Assembly (NCBI GenBank): GCA_965219385.1
Contig: CBDCNM010000002.1
Location: 1,792,936 to 1,856,935, forward strand
Direction of reading: 5' to 3'
Length of the DNA stretch: 64,000 bases
Source: Candidatus Latescibacterota bacterium
GTDB lineage: Bacteria > Latescibacterota > UBA2968 > UBA8231
Shown here: positions 21,105 to 30,673 of the stretch, piece by piece
Numbering within the stretch: position 1 is the stretch's first letter
How the letters are laid out: each line of letters begins with the position of its first letter
Program-made: the position numbers and the translations under genes
Notes under the pieces: model-generated
What the model was told of the DNA's origin: nothing
Database searches by the model: none
The model's input: the letters and a program-made list of their open reading frames with translations, nothing else

Positions 21105-21909
21105 ATCTTATCCGGGAGGGTAGGGGCAGGAAAGTGGGTTGGCGGCGCAAAAACAGCAGGCCGCCCACCAGGACTACCGAGAAGAGCGCAGTAAAGGGCA
21201 AAGGCAGAGGCTGGTCGAGGCCGAGTGTTTCCAGGCCCAGGTGGGCCTTCAGGTTTACCCCGGTAGCGGAGACCAAGTTGTTGACCATGTGGCCCAGGAT
21301 GGCCGGGTAGATGCTGTGGGTCCAGTAGACCAGGGCGACCAGGAAAAGGCCAAAGAGGAAAAGGGCAGGTAACTGCCAGGGCCTGAGGTGGACCAGAGCG
21401 AACAACAGGGCCGAGCCCAGGATCGCAGCCCGAGGACCGTGATGGACGTAGAGTCCGGTGAAGACCAGGCCGCGAAAAAGCAGCTCTTCGCATAGACCAG
21501 GTACCAGGACAACACCTGCCAGAACCAAGCCCAGTTCCGGCAGATCGCGGACGATCTGGACCTCGAGGAGGTAGCGCTGGAAGGCGAGCGGGAAGGGCAT
21601 ATCCAGAAAGTCCAGGAGTTCGCCGAACAGCAGATCGAGATCGGAGACGAGCAAGCTGGCGCACAGGGCCGTCACCGCGGTTCCGATGAGCGTAGGGAGG
21701 GGCGTAGCGTTGAGCAGCAAAAGGTCCTCTGGAATCATGCGCTGCCGGCGGATGAAGAGCGCCATGAACCCGAAGATGGAGAATTCCGCCAGGAGCAACC
21801 CGACGTGCTGGGAATACAGGCCGACCAACTGCCCTATGAGCAATGGGGCCAGGAAAGCGGCGAGGAGGACCAGACGCAGGATCTGGCCGAGGTTGGGATA
21901 GGGGTTCAT
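21103..21909 (-). CDS. CPBP/CAAX family intramembrane metalloprotease
   Basis: EELLFRG, LFALVH and GHMVNN motifs; multi-TM. Confidence 0.9.
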   Translation of the reverse strand: MNPYPNLGQILRLVLLAAFLAPLLIGQLVGLYSQHVGLLLAEFSIFGFMALFIRRQRMIPEDLLLLNATPLPTLIGTAVTALCASLLVSDLDLLFGELLDFLDMPFPLAFQRYLLEVQIVRDLPELGLVLAGVVLVPGLCEELLFRGLVFTGLYVHHGPRAAILGSALLFALVHLRPWQLPALFLFGLFLVALVYWTHSIYPAILGHMVNNLVSATGVNLKAHLGLETLGLDQPLPLPFTALFSVVLVGGLLFLRRQPTFLPLPSRIR

Positions 21910-21966
21910 TGGCCGTGGTACGCAAAGAGACCTCCGGGTGAGGAGGCCTTGAAGGATACGGGTTTA

Positions 21967-22098
21967 AGAAGCCGTCTCAAAACCCCCGCTGGCCTTCGCC
22001 CGGCTGCAACGGGCGTGGGCTGCGAGCGCAGCAGGTGGGGGGACCCACGCCTGTTGCGCTCACGCTTGGGGCACCCCGGGAATTTTAAGAACGCTTCC
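21967..22098. mobile_element. MITE/REP-like element, long copy (132 bp)
   Basis: Imperfect 16-bp terminal inverted repeats AGAAGCCGTCTCAAAA / TTTTAAGAACGCTTCC and an internal hairpin. Ends are shared with 27159-27226. Confidence 0.6.
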
Positions 22099-22122
22099 AA
22101 GGGAAGCGGAGGCGTGAGAAGA

Positions 22123-22623
22123 TCATTTCTTCTCGCCCTCTTCCGTGAGGAAATGCACCTTGCCGTTGTGACAGGTCATGCAGGTGATACCCGCCCCTTC
22201 CTCGGGCAAGGGCATGGTTTTCTGCAAGGTTTTGCCGGCCGCTGTGGTGGCCGTCAGGTGGATGCCGGCGGAGTCGCCCTTGGCATGGTAGATTGCTTTG
22301 ACCATGGTCTTGTGGTCTTCTTCGGCAATTTCTACCTGGCCCTGCCCCTTGTGCACCAGGCTGTCCACAAAACTGTACTTCATTGAGCGGGCCAGTTTTT
22401 TGTGCGGGGTGTTGACCTCGTACTTGATTTTGCCACCCTCTTTGGTGTGACAGTACAGACACTTGACCCCCAGGGATTGGGCGATCCCTTTCATGGCTTT
22501 GATGGTTTCTCTTTTATTTTCTCCAAAAATGGTCTTGCCCTTCTGGGCAGAAACTGGTACTACAGTAGTACCCATAAAGAGAGTCAGAAAACCGCAGAGT
22601 AATACCGCAGCATTTTGGGGCAA
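22123..22623 (-). CDS. Secreted dihaem c-type cytochrome (reaction-centre cytochrome-like fold)
   Basis: Signal peptide; two CxxCH motifs (CLYCH, CMTCH) in a M...SLGVKCLYCH...KKLARSM pattern. Confidence 0.8.
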   Translation of the reverse strand: MPQNAAVLLCGFLTLFMGTTVVPVSAQKGKTIFGENKRETIKAMKGIAQSLGVKCLYCHTKEGGKIKYEVNTPHKKLARSMKYSFVDSLVHKGQGQVEIAEEDHKTMVKAIYHAKGDSAGIHLTATTAAGKTLQKTMPLPEEGAGITCMTCHNGKVHFLTEEGEKK

Positions 22624-22732
22624 GGTGATCCTCCTTCCTTTGGGGGTATTGCACTAGACTCCCCAGAAAGATAGAGGTTCGGCGAGTTTTGGCAAGAAGG
22701 CAGTGCAGCCCGACAGAGGTTTTTCCGCCGTA

Positions 22733-23668
22733 TCACCGATTGGGGGTATCGGTGTCCAGGTAGCCGCGGGTGCGGTTGTACCACCACAGGTAGTCGAAGA
22801 AGATATCGGGGACATAGTGCTCCATGCCCCACCGGGTGAGCAGGTGGATGGGGGTATAGACCGCCGGAGAGAGCGCCAGGCGCAGGAGCAAGCCCCTGGG
22901 AGAAAATGGCGATGCCGCCAGGAAGTCGAGTCTGAGCAAGGAGAAAAGTCCAGGGTGTTTTTGCAGGAGCACGGGCAGAGATTTTTGTCCGTAGGTGTAC
23001 ATGAGGCGGCAGAGCGGGTCGAGGGAGCGCAGGTGGTTGTGGAAAGAGAGGGCCTGCGGAGCGTAGTGGAAAGTCACGCCGTGCAGGTGAAGGCGGTAGC
23101 CCAGTTCGAGGTCCTCTCCCCCGTAGCTCGTAAAGTCCTCGTCGAACAGACCTACCTGGAGCAGCTGATCTCGCTGCATGGACGAGTTGCCCGTGACAAA
23201 GCACTTGAAGGGCACAGGTTGGTCCGGTTTGAGCCGGTGCACACCCCGGCCGTTGATGTAGCGGGCCAGAGAGGTATCCGGTATATGGGGTCCGAACCGG
23301 ATGTTGCCGATGACCACGGTTCCGGGGTGCTTTTGATGCGCGGCGGCATGGGTTTGCAAAAAGTCGCTTTTTACCGTCATATCGCTGTCGAGGAAGACGA
23401 CGATGACGCCGGTGGACGCTCTGACACCGCTGTTGCGGGCCCTGCCCCTGCCCTGGTTGTTCTCGTGCCGGATCAGTTTCAGGGAACAGGGGCCGGCAGC
23501 GGCCCGGAGGCCATCCGGGTCGTAGCACGGGGAAGCATCGTCCACCACGACGAGTTCCACCAACTCGGGGGGGTAATCCTGACGGGCCAGGCTGCGCAGG
23601 GATTCCTCCAGCCGTTCGGGCTCGTCGTAGGTGGGGATGATGATACTGAGCGCAAGGGTAGGGTCCAC
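22733..23668 (-). CDS. Glycosyltransferase family 2
   Basis: LSIIIPTYD, VVVDDAS, ARNSG, FLDSD and YGGEDLELGYRL. Start shortened to a GTG near 23668 to remove the overlap with the upstream gene. Confidence 0.9.
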   Translation of the reverse strand: MDPTLALSIIIPTYDEPERLEESLRSLARQDYPPELVELVVVDDASPCYDPDGLRAAAGPCSLKLIRHENNQGRGRARNSGVRASTGVIVVFLDSDMTVKSDFLQTHAAAHQKHPGTVVIGNIRFGPHIPDTSLARYINGRGVHRLKPDQPVPFKCFVTGNSSMQRDQLLQVGLFDEDFTSYGGEDLELGYRLHLHGVTFHYAPQALSFHNHLRSLDPLCRLMYTYGQKSLPVLLQKHPGLFSLLRLDFLAASPFSPRGLLLRLALSPAVYTPIHLLTRWGMEHYVPDIFFDYLWWYNRTRGYLDTDTPNR

Positions 23669-23694
23669 AACCACGAGTCCGTTGAGAAGCCTTC

Positions 23695-26600
23695 TTATTG
23701 CAAGAGCAACAGCCGGCTCGTCTCCTTGAATTCCCCGGCCCGCAACTGGTAGAAGTACACCCCCGTGGCCATGGCCCTGCCGCCTTGGTCGCGGCCGTCC
23801 CAAACCTGTCGGTGGGAGCCCGGCTCGGACCTGTCCCATTGCCACTGCCGCACCAGCCTTCCCAGGATATCGTAGATAATCAACTCGACGGCCACCGGCC
23901 GGGGGAGATCGTAGCGGATGGTGGTCTGGGCGTTGAAGGGGTTGGGAAAGCTGGCGTGGAGCGCGAAACGGGTCGGCCTGGCGTTTGACTCCCCCTCGAC
24001 CACGGTCTGCCCCGGCTCTTTTTCGAGAAAGGGCATCCAGTCCACCAGGCCCTCAATCAGGGTATCGATCGCCGTACTGTCCGCCGTGCCCCAGTAATTG
24101 TCCTGCGCCGGCAACGACAGCGGCGAGAGATTCTCCACCGCCGTGTGGTTGCCCACAAAGATATTCTGGGTTATGGTCATCGGCACCCTGTTGCCGGTGA
24201 CCTTGAGGGCGAGCAGATTGTTGGCGAAAATATTCTCCCTGAGGGTCGGTCGAGAGTTCTCAGAAGACAGCCCCAGCGGGGTATTCTCAAAATCACTTCT
24301 GCGCACGATCAGGGCGTGGATGCCTTTGAGCAACACTCCGGCGTTGCCGCGAAAATGGCTCATATCGATGATGCCGGAAGCCCCCGCCTTCAGGATCAGG
24401 CCGGTGCCGATATTGTCGGCAAAGGTGGTCGTCCAGATCTCTACGGGCGCATCCTCTATGGTAGCGCCCGCACCCAGGTTGCGCGCCACCTGCATGTCTT
24501 CGAAAATCACCCTCTCCAGTCCGGCCGCCTGCAGCCCGTTCGCTTTGTTGCCGCTGATTTCGCTGTGGTGCAACTCGAGCACCCCCTCCCAGGAGTCCAG
24601 ATCCAGACCGTGTACCCCGTTGCCGGTGATCGCACAGTTCCACATCTCGATCTTCTGGCCGCGCCCCCCCACAGCCTGCAACCCGGAGCGCCGGTTCTCG
24701 GAATCCACTTTGCCGTTGTCGTGGATGCGGGTGGCGATCGCCTCCAGAGAACAGTTGACCAGAAAAAGGCCCTCCCAGCCGTTGTTCTCTAGGGCGACAT
24801 TGCGCAGTAGAAGCCTGCCGTTGCCCTGTACCCGGATGCCCCAGGGGGCATGACTGGCAAAGGTGGTCCGGTCGACTTCTACCTGGCCGTTGATCATCAG
24901 CCGCAGCCCGCCTCCGCCCGTCCTTTGCAACAGGCCGTCCTCTAGCCGCAAGCTACTGGCTTCGGAGACCTCGCCGATGAATCCACCGACGCTCTGCTCG
25001 ATCTGCAGAAAACGGGCCTGGACCTGGGCCCCCGGTTCCAGGTACACCCCGAACCAGAGTGAATCCGAACGCCCGGTGTTGAGGGTAAAGACGACCTCGT
25101 GCCCGGTGCTGCCCTCCACCGTAAGCCCCCCTTCGACAATCAGTTCGGTCCGCGTCGGGTCGTAGCCTCCGCCACTCATATCCGCACTGGTAAAACCGAC
25201 CCGGGTTCCGCTTTCGACCACCAGTTCCGCGTTTGCCGGCACGACCAGGTCCCGCCGGATTACCTGGCGACCGGACCAGCGGGTGGTGCCCGGTGGCAAG
25301 TGAGAGCGCACCAGGCCATGCCGGGCGTTGGCGATGGTCACCCGCTCCAGATTGGGATTCTGGCCATTGAGCAGGTAGATGCCGCTCCAGTCTTGGGCGC
25401 GCGGCCGGGCCGCCGCCGAGATAAAACGCAGCGGTCCTGAGGCGCCCTCCAGCACCAGGTCCCCGAAGACCAGCAACTCGCTGAGATTCGGGTCGAATCC
25501 ACTCTGGCGGCTGTCCCGGCGCGCCGCAAAATGCACCGTGGTGCCCCCGGCTACTCGCAAGGCGGCACCCCTTTCCACCACCACATCCCCATCCACCTCC
25601 ACCTGTCCGGACCAGGTCGTATCCGTGCGGATATGCCCCTCCAGGGGCTGCCGCAACAGGATATCCGCGATTATGCGGTCTCCGTCGGCGCGGATATTGT
25701 CCACCACCAGGCCCACAGGCAGGTTGCGGCTAAACCCGGTATGAGCGCTGGGCCGTGGATTGGTGTCGTAGGCAAAACGCGTAAAGCGAACCCCGTCGAA
25801 AGGATCCGTGGCATCGCCCTCATTGCCGTTGTGGGCGGCTTGATAGGCCACGTCGCGCGAGCGGAAGTCCAGGTTGTCGCCCCCCCTCACCGGGTCGGGC
25901 TGCCCGCCGGGAAAACCCCGGTCCAGGTAGAGCCCATCCGCGCAGACCAGGTCCACCTGCTTGTGGCGTTCCTCGTCGTTGTCGGCGCGCTCGTCCACGT
26001 GCCAGATCAGCAGGCCTTCCCCCGGTATATTGCGGTCGTAGTAACTTCCGGTGCGCTGACGGTTTTCCAGCATGAAGTACTCGTCCTGACTCACCGGAAT
26101 CTTGAAGACCTTGCCCCCGCGGTCGATGTCTTCGATAACCATGTCCCGCATGCTCTCCGTGACCTCCACCAAGTTCTCATTGTCCACACCGACCCACCCC
26201 AGCTTGGCCAGTGACCAGGCGCAAAACGCATTGGGGCCGTCCTCGACGTTGTCGACAATCCAACCCTGGGTTCCCAGCCCCATCAGGCCCCACCGGCCAA
26301 TACCGGCGCTGTCCAGCTCCGGATCCGGTTCATTGTCCTTGTCCCAGTAGCTCTGGTCGAAGAGATCGGGCAGGCCCAGGACGTGCGCGAATTCGTGGCA
26401 CAGGGTCCCGGCCACCAGTGGAAAGACATGGCCCTGCTGGGTCGTGCCGCCAAACCCCTTGAAACGGCTGCGGATGCGGATGGTGGCACCGCTGGCCGCC
26501 GGATCGTTGCTGATATAATCCGCGTCCAGTCCCAGAGAAGCAAGGCCTGTGGCCGTACCGATGAAAAACCCTTCCGGCCGGCTGTTCAGGTTGATGAAAA

Positions 26601-27123
26601 CAATGTCCACGTAGCCGTCGTCGTCCCCCGAATTGGGGATTCGGTCTGGCCCGTCGTTGTCGAACTGCCCCAGGTCTACATCCCGGTCGACCTGGTCCAG
26701 GATCTCGAGGTTGAACTGGGCGAACTTACCCCTCCCCCTCGGGGTCTCGGCCACGTACGCGGATGCGGCTTGCAGCGAGGTGTAGCGGCGCGTCAGGACC
26801 TGTCCTTCCACTCGCAGCTGACCCCTGGACATCTCGTCGTAGAAATGCGCAAAACTGCCCGGCCGCGAGCGGTCGAACAGGTCCTGGGCCCAGGAAGGTG
26901 CCTCGTTGGAAACGCGGGTCTCATTCCTGAACTTGGCAAAGATGACCAAGGCGCTCAGACTGCCCGTGGTTTTGACGGCTGCTTTGCCGGCAGGAGCGGG
27001 CTCCACCGCATTGCCGGTACAGAGGAACTCGCCGCGGACCGGTCCAGCGCTCCATAGAACCGACAGTATTGCAAAAAGGAAGATCGGAAGTATTGCAAAA
27101 AGGAAGATCGGACGATGGAGCAC
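23695..27123 (-). CDS. Secreted M6 (immune inhibitor A-like) metalloprotease with beta-helix repeats and C-terminal FlgD-Ig/sorting domain
   Basis: HEFAHVLGLPD zinc motif, EYFMLENR, GLLIWHVDE and the FPNPFN...WDGRD...GVYFYQL tail. The ORF is open to 27351 but the start is likely just before the signal peptide (about 27123, uncertain). Confidence 0.85.
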   Translation of the reverse strand: MLHRPIFLFAILPIFLFAILSVLWSAGPVRGEFLCTGNAVEPAPAGKAAVKTTGSLSALVIFAKFRNETRVSNEAPSWAQDLFDRSRPGSFAHFYDEMSRGQLRVEGQVLTRRYTSLQAASAYVAETPRGRGKFAQFNLEILDQVDRDVDLGQFDNDGPDRIPNSGDDDGYVDIVFINLNSRPEGFFIGTATGLASLGLDADYISNDPAASGATIRIRSRFKGFGGTTQQGHVFPLVAGTLCHEFAHVLGLPDLFDQSYWDKDNEPDPELDSAGIGRWGLMGLGTQGWIVDNVEDGPNAFCAWSLAKLGWVGVDNENLVEVTESMRDMVIEDIDRGGKVFKIPVSQDEYFMLENRQRTGSYYDRNIPGEGLLIWHVDERADNDEERHKQVDLVCADGLYLDRGFPGGQPDPVRGGDNLDFRSRDVAYQAAHNGNEGDATDPFDGVRFTRFAYDTNPRPSAHTGFSRNLPVGLVVDNIRADGDRIIADILLRQPLEGHIRTDTTWSGQVEVDGDVVVERGAALRVAGGTTVHFAARRDSRQSGFDPNLSELLVFGDLVLEGASGPLRFISAAARPRAQDWSGIYLLNGQNPNLERVTIANARHGLVRSHLPPGTTRWSGRQVIRRDLVVPANAELVVESGTRVGFTSADMSGGGYDPTRTELIVEGGLTVEGSTGHEVVFTLNTGRSDSLWFGVYLEPGAQVQARFLQIEQSVGGFIGEVSEASSLRLEDGLLQRTGGGGLRLMINGQVEVDRTTFASHAPWGIRVQGNGRLLLRNVALENNGWEGLFLVNCSLEAIATRIHDNGKVDSENRRSGLQAVGGRGQKIEMWNCAITGNGVHGLDLDSWEGVLELHHSEISGNKANGLQAAGLERVIFEDMQVARNLGAGATIEDAPVEIWTTTFADNIGTGLILKAGASGIIDMSHFRGNAGVLLKGIHALIVRRSDFENTPLGLSSENSRPTLRENIFANNLLALKVTGNRVPMTITQNIFVGNHTAVENLSPLSLPAQDNYWGTADSTAIDTLIEGLVDWMPFLEKEPGQTVVEGESNARPTRFALHASFPNPFNAQTTIRYDLPRPVAVELIIYDILGRLVRQWQWDRSEPGSHRQVWDGRDQGGRAMATGVYFYQLRAGEFKETSRLLLLQ
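27065..27112. repeat. Exact 24-bp tandem duplication in the signal peptide
   Basis: AGTATTGCAAAAAGGAAGATCGGA twice, encoding PIFLFAIL twice. Confidence 0.95.
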
Positions 27124-27158
27124 AGGGCAAGAGAAGGAGTTATTGTGTTTGATGCTTG

Positions 27159-27226
27159 AGAAGCTGTCTGAAAACCCCCGTTGGCAGCCACCCCTGGGGC
27201 TCACCGGGAATTTCCAGACAGCTTCT
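27159..27226. mobile_element. MITE/REP-like element, short copy (68 bp)
   Basis: 15/16 terminal inverted repeat AGAAGCTGTCTGAAAA / TTTCCAGACAGCTTCT. Confidence 0.65.
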
Positions 27227-27247
27227 GAGAGGATCGCTCTGGGCACC

Positions 27248-28498
27248 TCACGGCCTCCAGGGGTAATGGTCGGAAAATTGTTTTTTCCAGTGATACCGTT
27301 CGAGAGCGGCCCGTCTTCCATGCATTCTGTATGTTTGCAATGCTTTCTCATTCGATATCATCCTGGTGATGGCTCGGGCGATGGCCGACGGCTCCAGTTT
27401 GTCAAAAACGATACCCACTTTCTCTTTTCTTATAATGCTGGCGAGAAACGGCAGATCACTGGTTGCCAGGGCAAGTCCACCCATTATATAATCAAACAGC
27501 TTGTTCGGCGATATGTAGGTATTATTTAGGTTTGCTGGTTTATAAGGAATGACACCGATATCGTGATCTTTGATGATCGTCATCGCCTCTTCGGGGTCGA
27601 ATCGACCGGTAAAGTGAACTTTGCGAGCCAAACCTTCTGAGGTGGCGAGCGCTTTCAATCTTTCGAGAAGCGGACCGTCACCTGAAATCGTCAACTCTGC
27701 ATTCTCGATCACCCGAAACGACGATATCAGTTCCTCGAGACCCCGATAGGCCTGCACCCTGCCCTGGTAGAGCACCCGCACGGGGGAATGAAGCCTGGTT
27801 ATATCGGCGTGCTTCTCAGATACATAAGGACAGTTCATGACCACAGCGGGCTTTTGCTCCAGTTTGTAGGTATTCACAAGGAGATCGGCGATAAAGGGAT
27901 TCACCGTGACAACATAATCGGCGCGATGGATCATATCGCCCTCAAGTTCGAGGTAGGCGCGATTCGAGAAACTGCCTGCGGTGCCCATCCCCGGCCAGAA
28001 TTCGTGGGTATCGTAGAGCAACGCCCTGGCTGTACCGGAAGCTTTCAAGCTACAACCAGCCGCAAGGGATTCGACGTCATTACAATGAACAAGGTCAAAC
28101 GAATGACCGGTAAAGGCCCGAACCATGGCGCGATTTATCTTGGCCATGCTTCTCAACATATGCCGGAAATTCATGGTGAGAAGCAGGTTGCGCACCGCAG
28201 CTTTCAACGAGGAAGATGTATCGCCCTCGTGCAGACTCGTAGCAGCGCGCCCCATACCCGGGCCGAGTCGGCCTACAAACTTGGTGTACAAACGTTTCAG
28301 GATAAAATCACTGTAATGGGGAAAGCGAACAATCCGCATCTCCTGGTATGTTTCGTCGTTTATTTTTTTTGAGGGATTAGTACAGCCGATGGTGACCCGC
28401 GCGCCGCTGTTTTTGAGCGCTACACAGGTTTTGAAGACTCGGGGATCTTCCAAAGCCTCATTGACGAGCAGTACCAGAACACGTGGATTTGATTCCAT
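27248..28498 (-). CDS. Glycosyltransferase family 4 (GT-B)
   Basis: DPRVFK, VHCND, LYDTHE, YQGRVQAYRGLEEL and SPNKLFDYI. Confidence 0.9.
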   Translation of the reverse strand: MESNPRVLVLLVNEALEDPRVFKTCVALKNSGARVTIGCTNPSKKINDETYQEMRIVRFPHYSDFILKRLYTKFVGRLGPGMGRAATSLHEGDTSSSLKAAVRNLLLTMNFRHMLRSMAKINRAMVRAFTGHSFDLVHCNDVESLAAGCSLKASGTARALLYDTHEFWPGMGTAGSFSNRAYLELEGDMIHRADYVVTVNPFIADLLVNTYKLEQKPAVVMNCPYVSEKHADITRLHSPVRVLYQGRVQAYRGLEELISSFRVIENAELTISGDGPLLERLKALATSEGLARKVHFTGRFDPEEAMTIIKDHDIGVIPYKPANLNNTYISPNKLFDYIMGGLALATSDLPFLASIIRKEKVGIVFDKLEPSAIARAITRMISNEKALQTYRMHGRRAALERYHWKKQFSDHYPWRP

Positions 28499-28540
28499 AT
28501 GCTTCTTACAGGTATGGAGAGTTCGGAATTACCAGTGCGA

Positions 28541-30244
28541 TCACCATTTTCTGGTAAAGGTAATCCCCTGTTCGGGATCAATATTTTGGGGTCGCACTAC
28601 AAGGGACTCATGGTTGAGGTTGGATGTTCCGCTCGCTCCTCCGACCGCAAAGTTCATTGATCTGATACTTGGGGCGGAAAAGGAGAAATCCATATCCTCT
28701 GGAAAGGCCGTTCCCCTTATCCTCCACATATTCGGGGCACACTCCAGGGCGCAGAGAATCCGTTCGCGACTCCGCCACCAGTTACCCAACTCCAGGCCTG
28801 TCATGGAGCGGCAGCGGTCGAGGCGGCATCTTGCCAGGAAAGAGGGGTAGAATTGAGCCAAAGATGGTATTGTGAGCGGATCCATGCAGTCGGGATGTAC
28901 CAGTGCGCTGATCATGCCACCGGAGGCTTGCGCAAAAAGATACGCCTCCATTATCCGATGTTTCACCAATTCGGGATCCTCCTCCATATTAAGGAACAGT
29001 CTGTCCATAAAATGAAGGGGAATCTCTACCATGTCCCCGGCTTCACGTTCGGCTGAAAACGGAAAAAACGGCGATGCCATACCATTGCGAAACCCGGGTC
29101 TGTCGCTAAATCCCAGGGTGGCGTCGTAGGTCAGCCCGGCTTGAGAAGCAGCCTCAAGGGTCTTCCCATGGCGAAACATGAGGTAGTGATGTCGAGTTCC
29201 CAACAGCTTGAACCCTAGTCGGCTTTCATAGGTTTCGAGTTGCCGCTTCAATTCGTTCGCGTCGAGAAAGGCCCGCCGGGTCGCGTGCAGGGCGATCTCG
29301 CAGCCGTTTTCCAGAATCCGTCTTATGGCGGAGGTTATTTCCGCCGGGTTCCGGCGATACACCGGATCCATGGCGCCCCTGGGATTGTTGTAATCGCCGC
29401 CAAACGGAGCAAAAAACCACGTTGAGCGAAAACCGTTGGCGCTCTCGAGCAGCAACAGTTCATCGAAATTCCAGCAGGGATCCTCTCCTTTCAGCGCCCC
29501 AGACAGCGCCCCCACCCTTTTTGTGAAACAGTTTCCGCGAAAACGCAGCAATTCCAGGATCGATAACGCAAGTTCATAGGCCACTCGTTTCGCCGTCCAT
29601 TTTTTGACCACATCGACGTCGTAACTCAGAAAAAGAGCCATAGGGGCCGATGCCGGCCAGCGCGGTAGTGAAAAGAGCGGCAGATCGAGTTTTGTATAGA
29701 GATAGCGGATTACCTGGTCGATGAGGTTGAAGTGGAAAGACACGCTGGGTGTATAATATATATTCTCCGACGGTGGGTTGTGGCGGCCGTACTGGTCGTT
29801 TCCGGTGTGCTCTTCGACTGCACCGGATAATATGCGGGTGGTCTCTTTGATGAGATCTGCCGCAAACAACATGGTCGGGGTAGCGCCGATCATACCTTCA
29901 AAAATAAGAGGATCACCTTCCAAGGTTTTTACATAGGGAACAAATTCCTCGAGTGCAACCGACTGCATGCTTGCGAGGATCGGGGTCTTGACCGTCATGG
30001 CCTCGTAGTGATGAGAGCATGACGGTATATCGCCATGGTCGACCGCTGGAATGGCAATCAACGCCCGATAGTGTTCGCTGACGACCCCGAGCGCCTGCTT
30101 GGATGTATTCCCATAAACCAATGCAACGGGTGCTCGGGAACCTCCTTCGTATAAACCGAAGGGTATCCCCGCATGAACTCGAAAGTTTCTCGCGAACGAC
30201 GAGACAGGTCCTTCCGCCGGGGGAATCAGAATCAAGTCAACCAT
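28541..30244 (-). CDS. Polysaccharide deacetylase-like (NodB fold) protein
   Basis: LSYDVD, STWFF, EIALH, GTRHHYL, YDATLG...GFRNG, VEIPL..MD and LVHP. Confidence 0.8.
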   Translation of the reverse strand: MVDLILIPPAEGPVSSFARNFRVHAGIPFGLYEGGSRAPVALVYGNTSKQALGVVSEHYRALIAIPAVDHGDIPSCSHHYEAMTVKTPILASMQSVALEEFVPYVKTLEGDPLIFEGMIGATPTMLFAADLIKETTRILSGAVEEHTGNDQYGRHNPPSENIYYTPSVSFHFNLIDQVIRYLYTKLDLPLFSLPRWPASAPMALFLSYDVDVVKKWTAKRVAYELALSILELLRFRGNCFTKRVGALSGALKGEDPCWNFDELLLLESANGFRSTWFFAPFGGDYNNPRGAMDPVYRRNPAEITSAIRRILENGCEIALHATRRAFLDANELKRQLETYESRLGFKLLGTRHHYLMFRHGKTLEAASQAGLTYDATLGFSDRPGFRNGMASPFFPFSAEREAGDMVEIPLHFMDRLFLNMEEDPELVKHRIMEAYLFAQASGGMISALVHPDCMDPLTIPSLAQFYPSFLARCRLDRCRSMTGLELGNWWRSRERILCALECAPNMWRIRGTAFPEDMDFSFSAPSIRSMNFAVGGASGTSNLNHESLVVRPQNIDPEQGITFTRKW

Positions 30245-30373
30245 TATGAGAGAGTTTGGGCCGAATTCGATGCTGTAGCAGTTGATGCGGCGAGGGGCAC
30301 CAGGGGTTCAATGGCATAAACGTGCAAAGACGGAGGCCCAATTTGCCGAGACTTCAGCCGATCAACTCGCTTC

Positions 30374-30402
30374 AAGATATACCAATCTAACACCTCAGTC
30401 AA
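30374..30402 (-). promoter_or_regulatory. Putative sigma70 promoter of the deacetylase-GT4 genes
   Basis: Minus strand TTGACT-N17-TATCTT; the -35 lies in a CAGTCAA/TTGACTG inverted repeat (30396-30420). Confidence 0.5.
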
Positions 30403-30420
30403 GCACATCAGGGTTGACTG

Positions 30421-30460
30421 AAAAATAAAAAAGCAGCCCTGCGAAAAGCAGGGCTGCTTT
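30421..30460 (-). terminator. Intrinsic terminator (minus strand)
   Basis: 13-bp perfect stem AAAGCAGCCCTGC/GCAGGGCTGCTTT, continuing into a T-rich tail on the minus strand. Confidence 0.85.
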
Positions 30461-30635
30461 GGGGGAGAATCAAGAGTGTGGCGATCGTAGGATGTGATCG
30501 AAAACCGCAACCGAGATCTTCAAACGAGGCGGTGTGGGGAGGTATTGATTTAAAGATCTCAGATACCCGAAAAGGGGAGTTCGAGTTTTGCGGCGTGTTG
30601 GTTCAGTCACGCTCAATAAACCGCCACACTCAAAA
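30421..30635 (-). ncRNA. Candidate structured non-coding RNA (unknown family)
   Basis: Four nested helices whose imperfect pairs are almost all G-U on the minus strand, a C-rich apical loop, a terminator and an upstream promoter; no credible ORF. Confidence 0.6.
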
Positions 30636-30673
30636 TTAAATTATCTAACCTGGTCTTTTTATTAAGTTTAAAT

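Noticed and set aside
30244..30510. 88-aa minus-strand ORF
   Set aside because: It runs through a strong terminator and a promoter candidate and has no protein-like features.
30474..30631. Retron msr/msd or 6S RNA as the identity of the structured RNA
   Set aside because: No reverse transcriptase is in the window, and the bulges are one-sided rather than the large two-sided central bubble of 6S. An Rfam search is still needed to exclude 6S.
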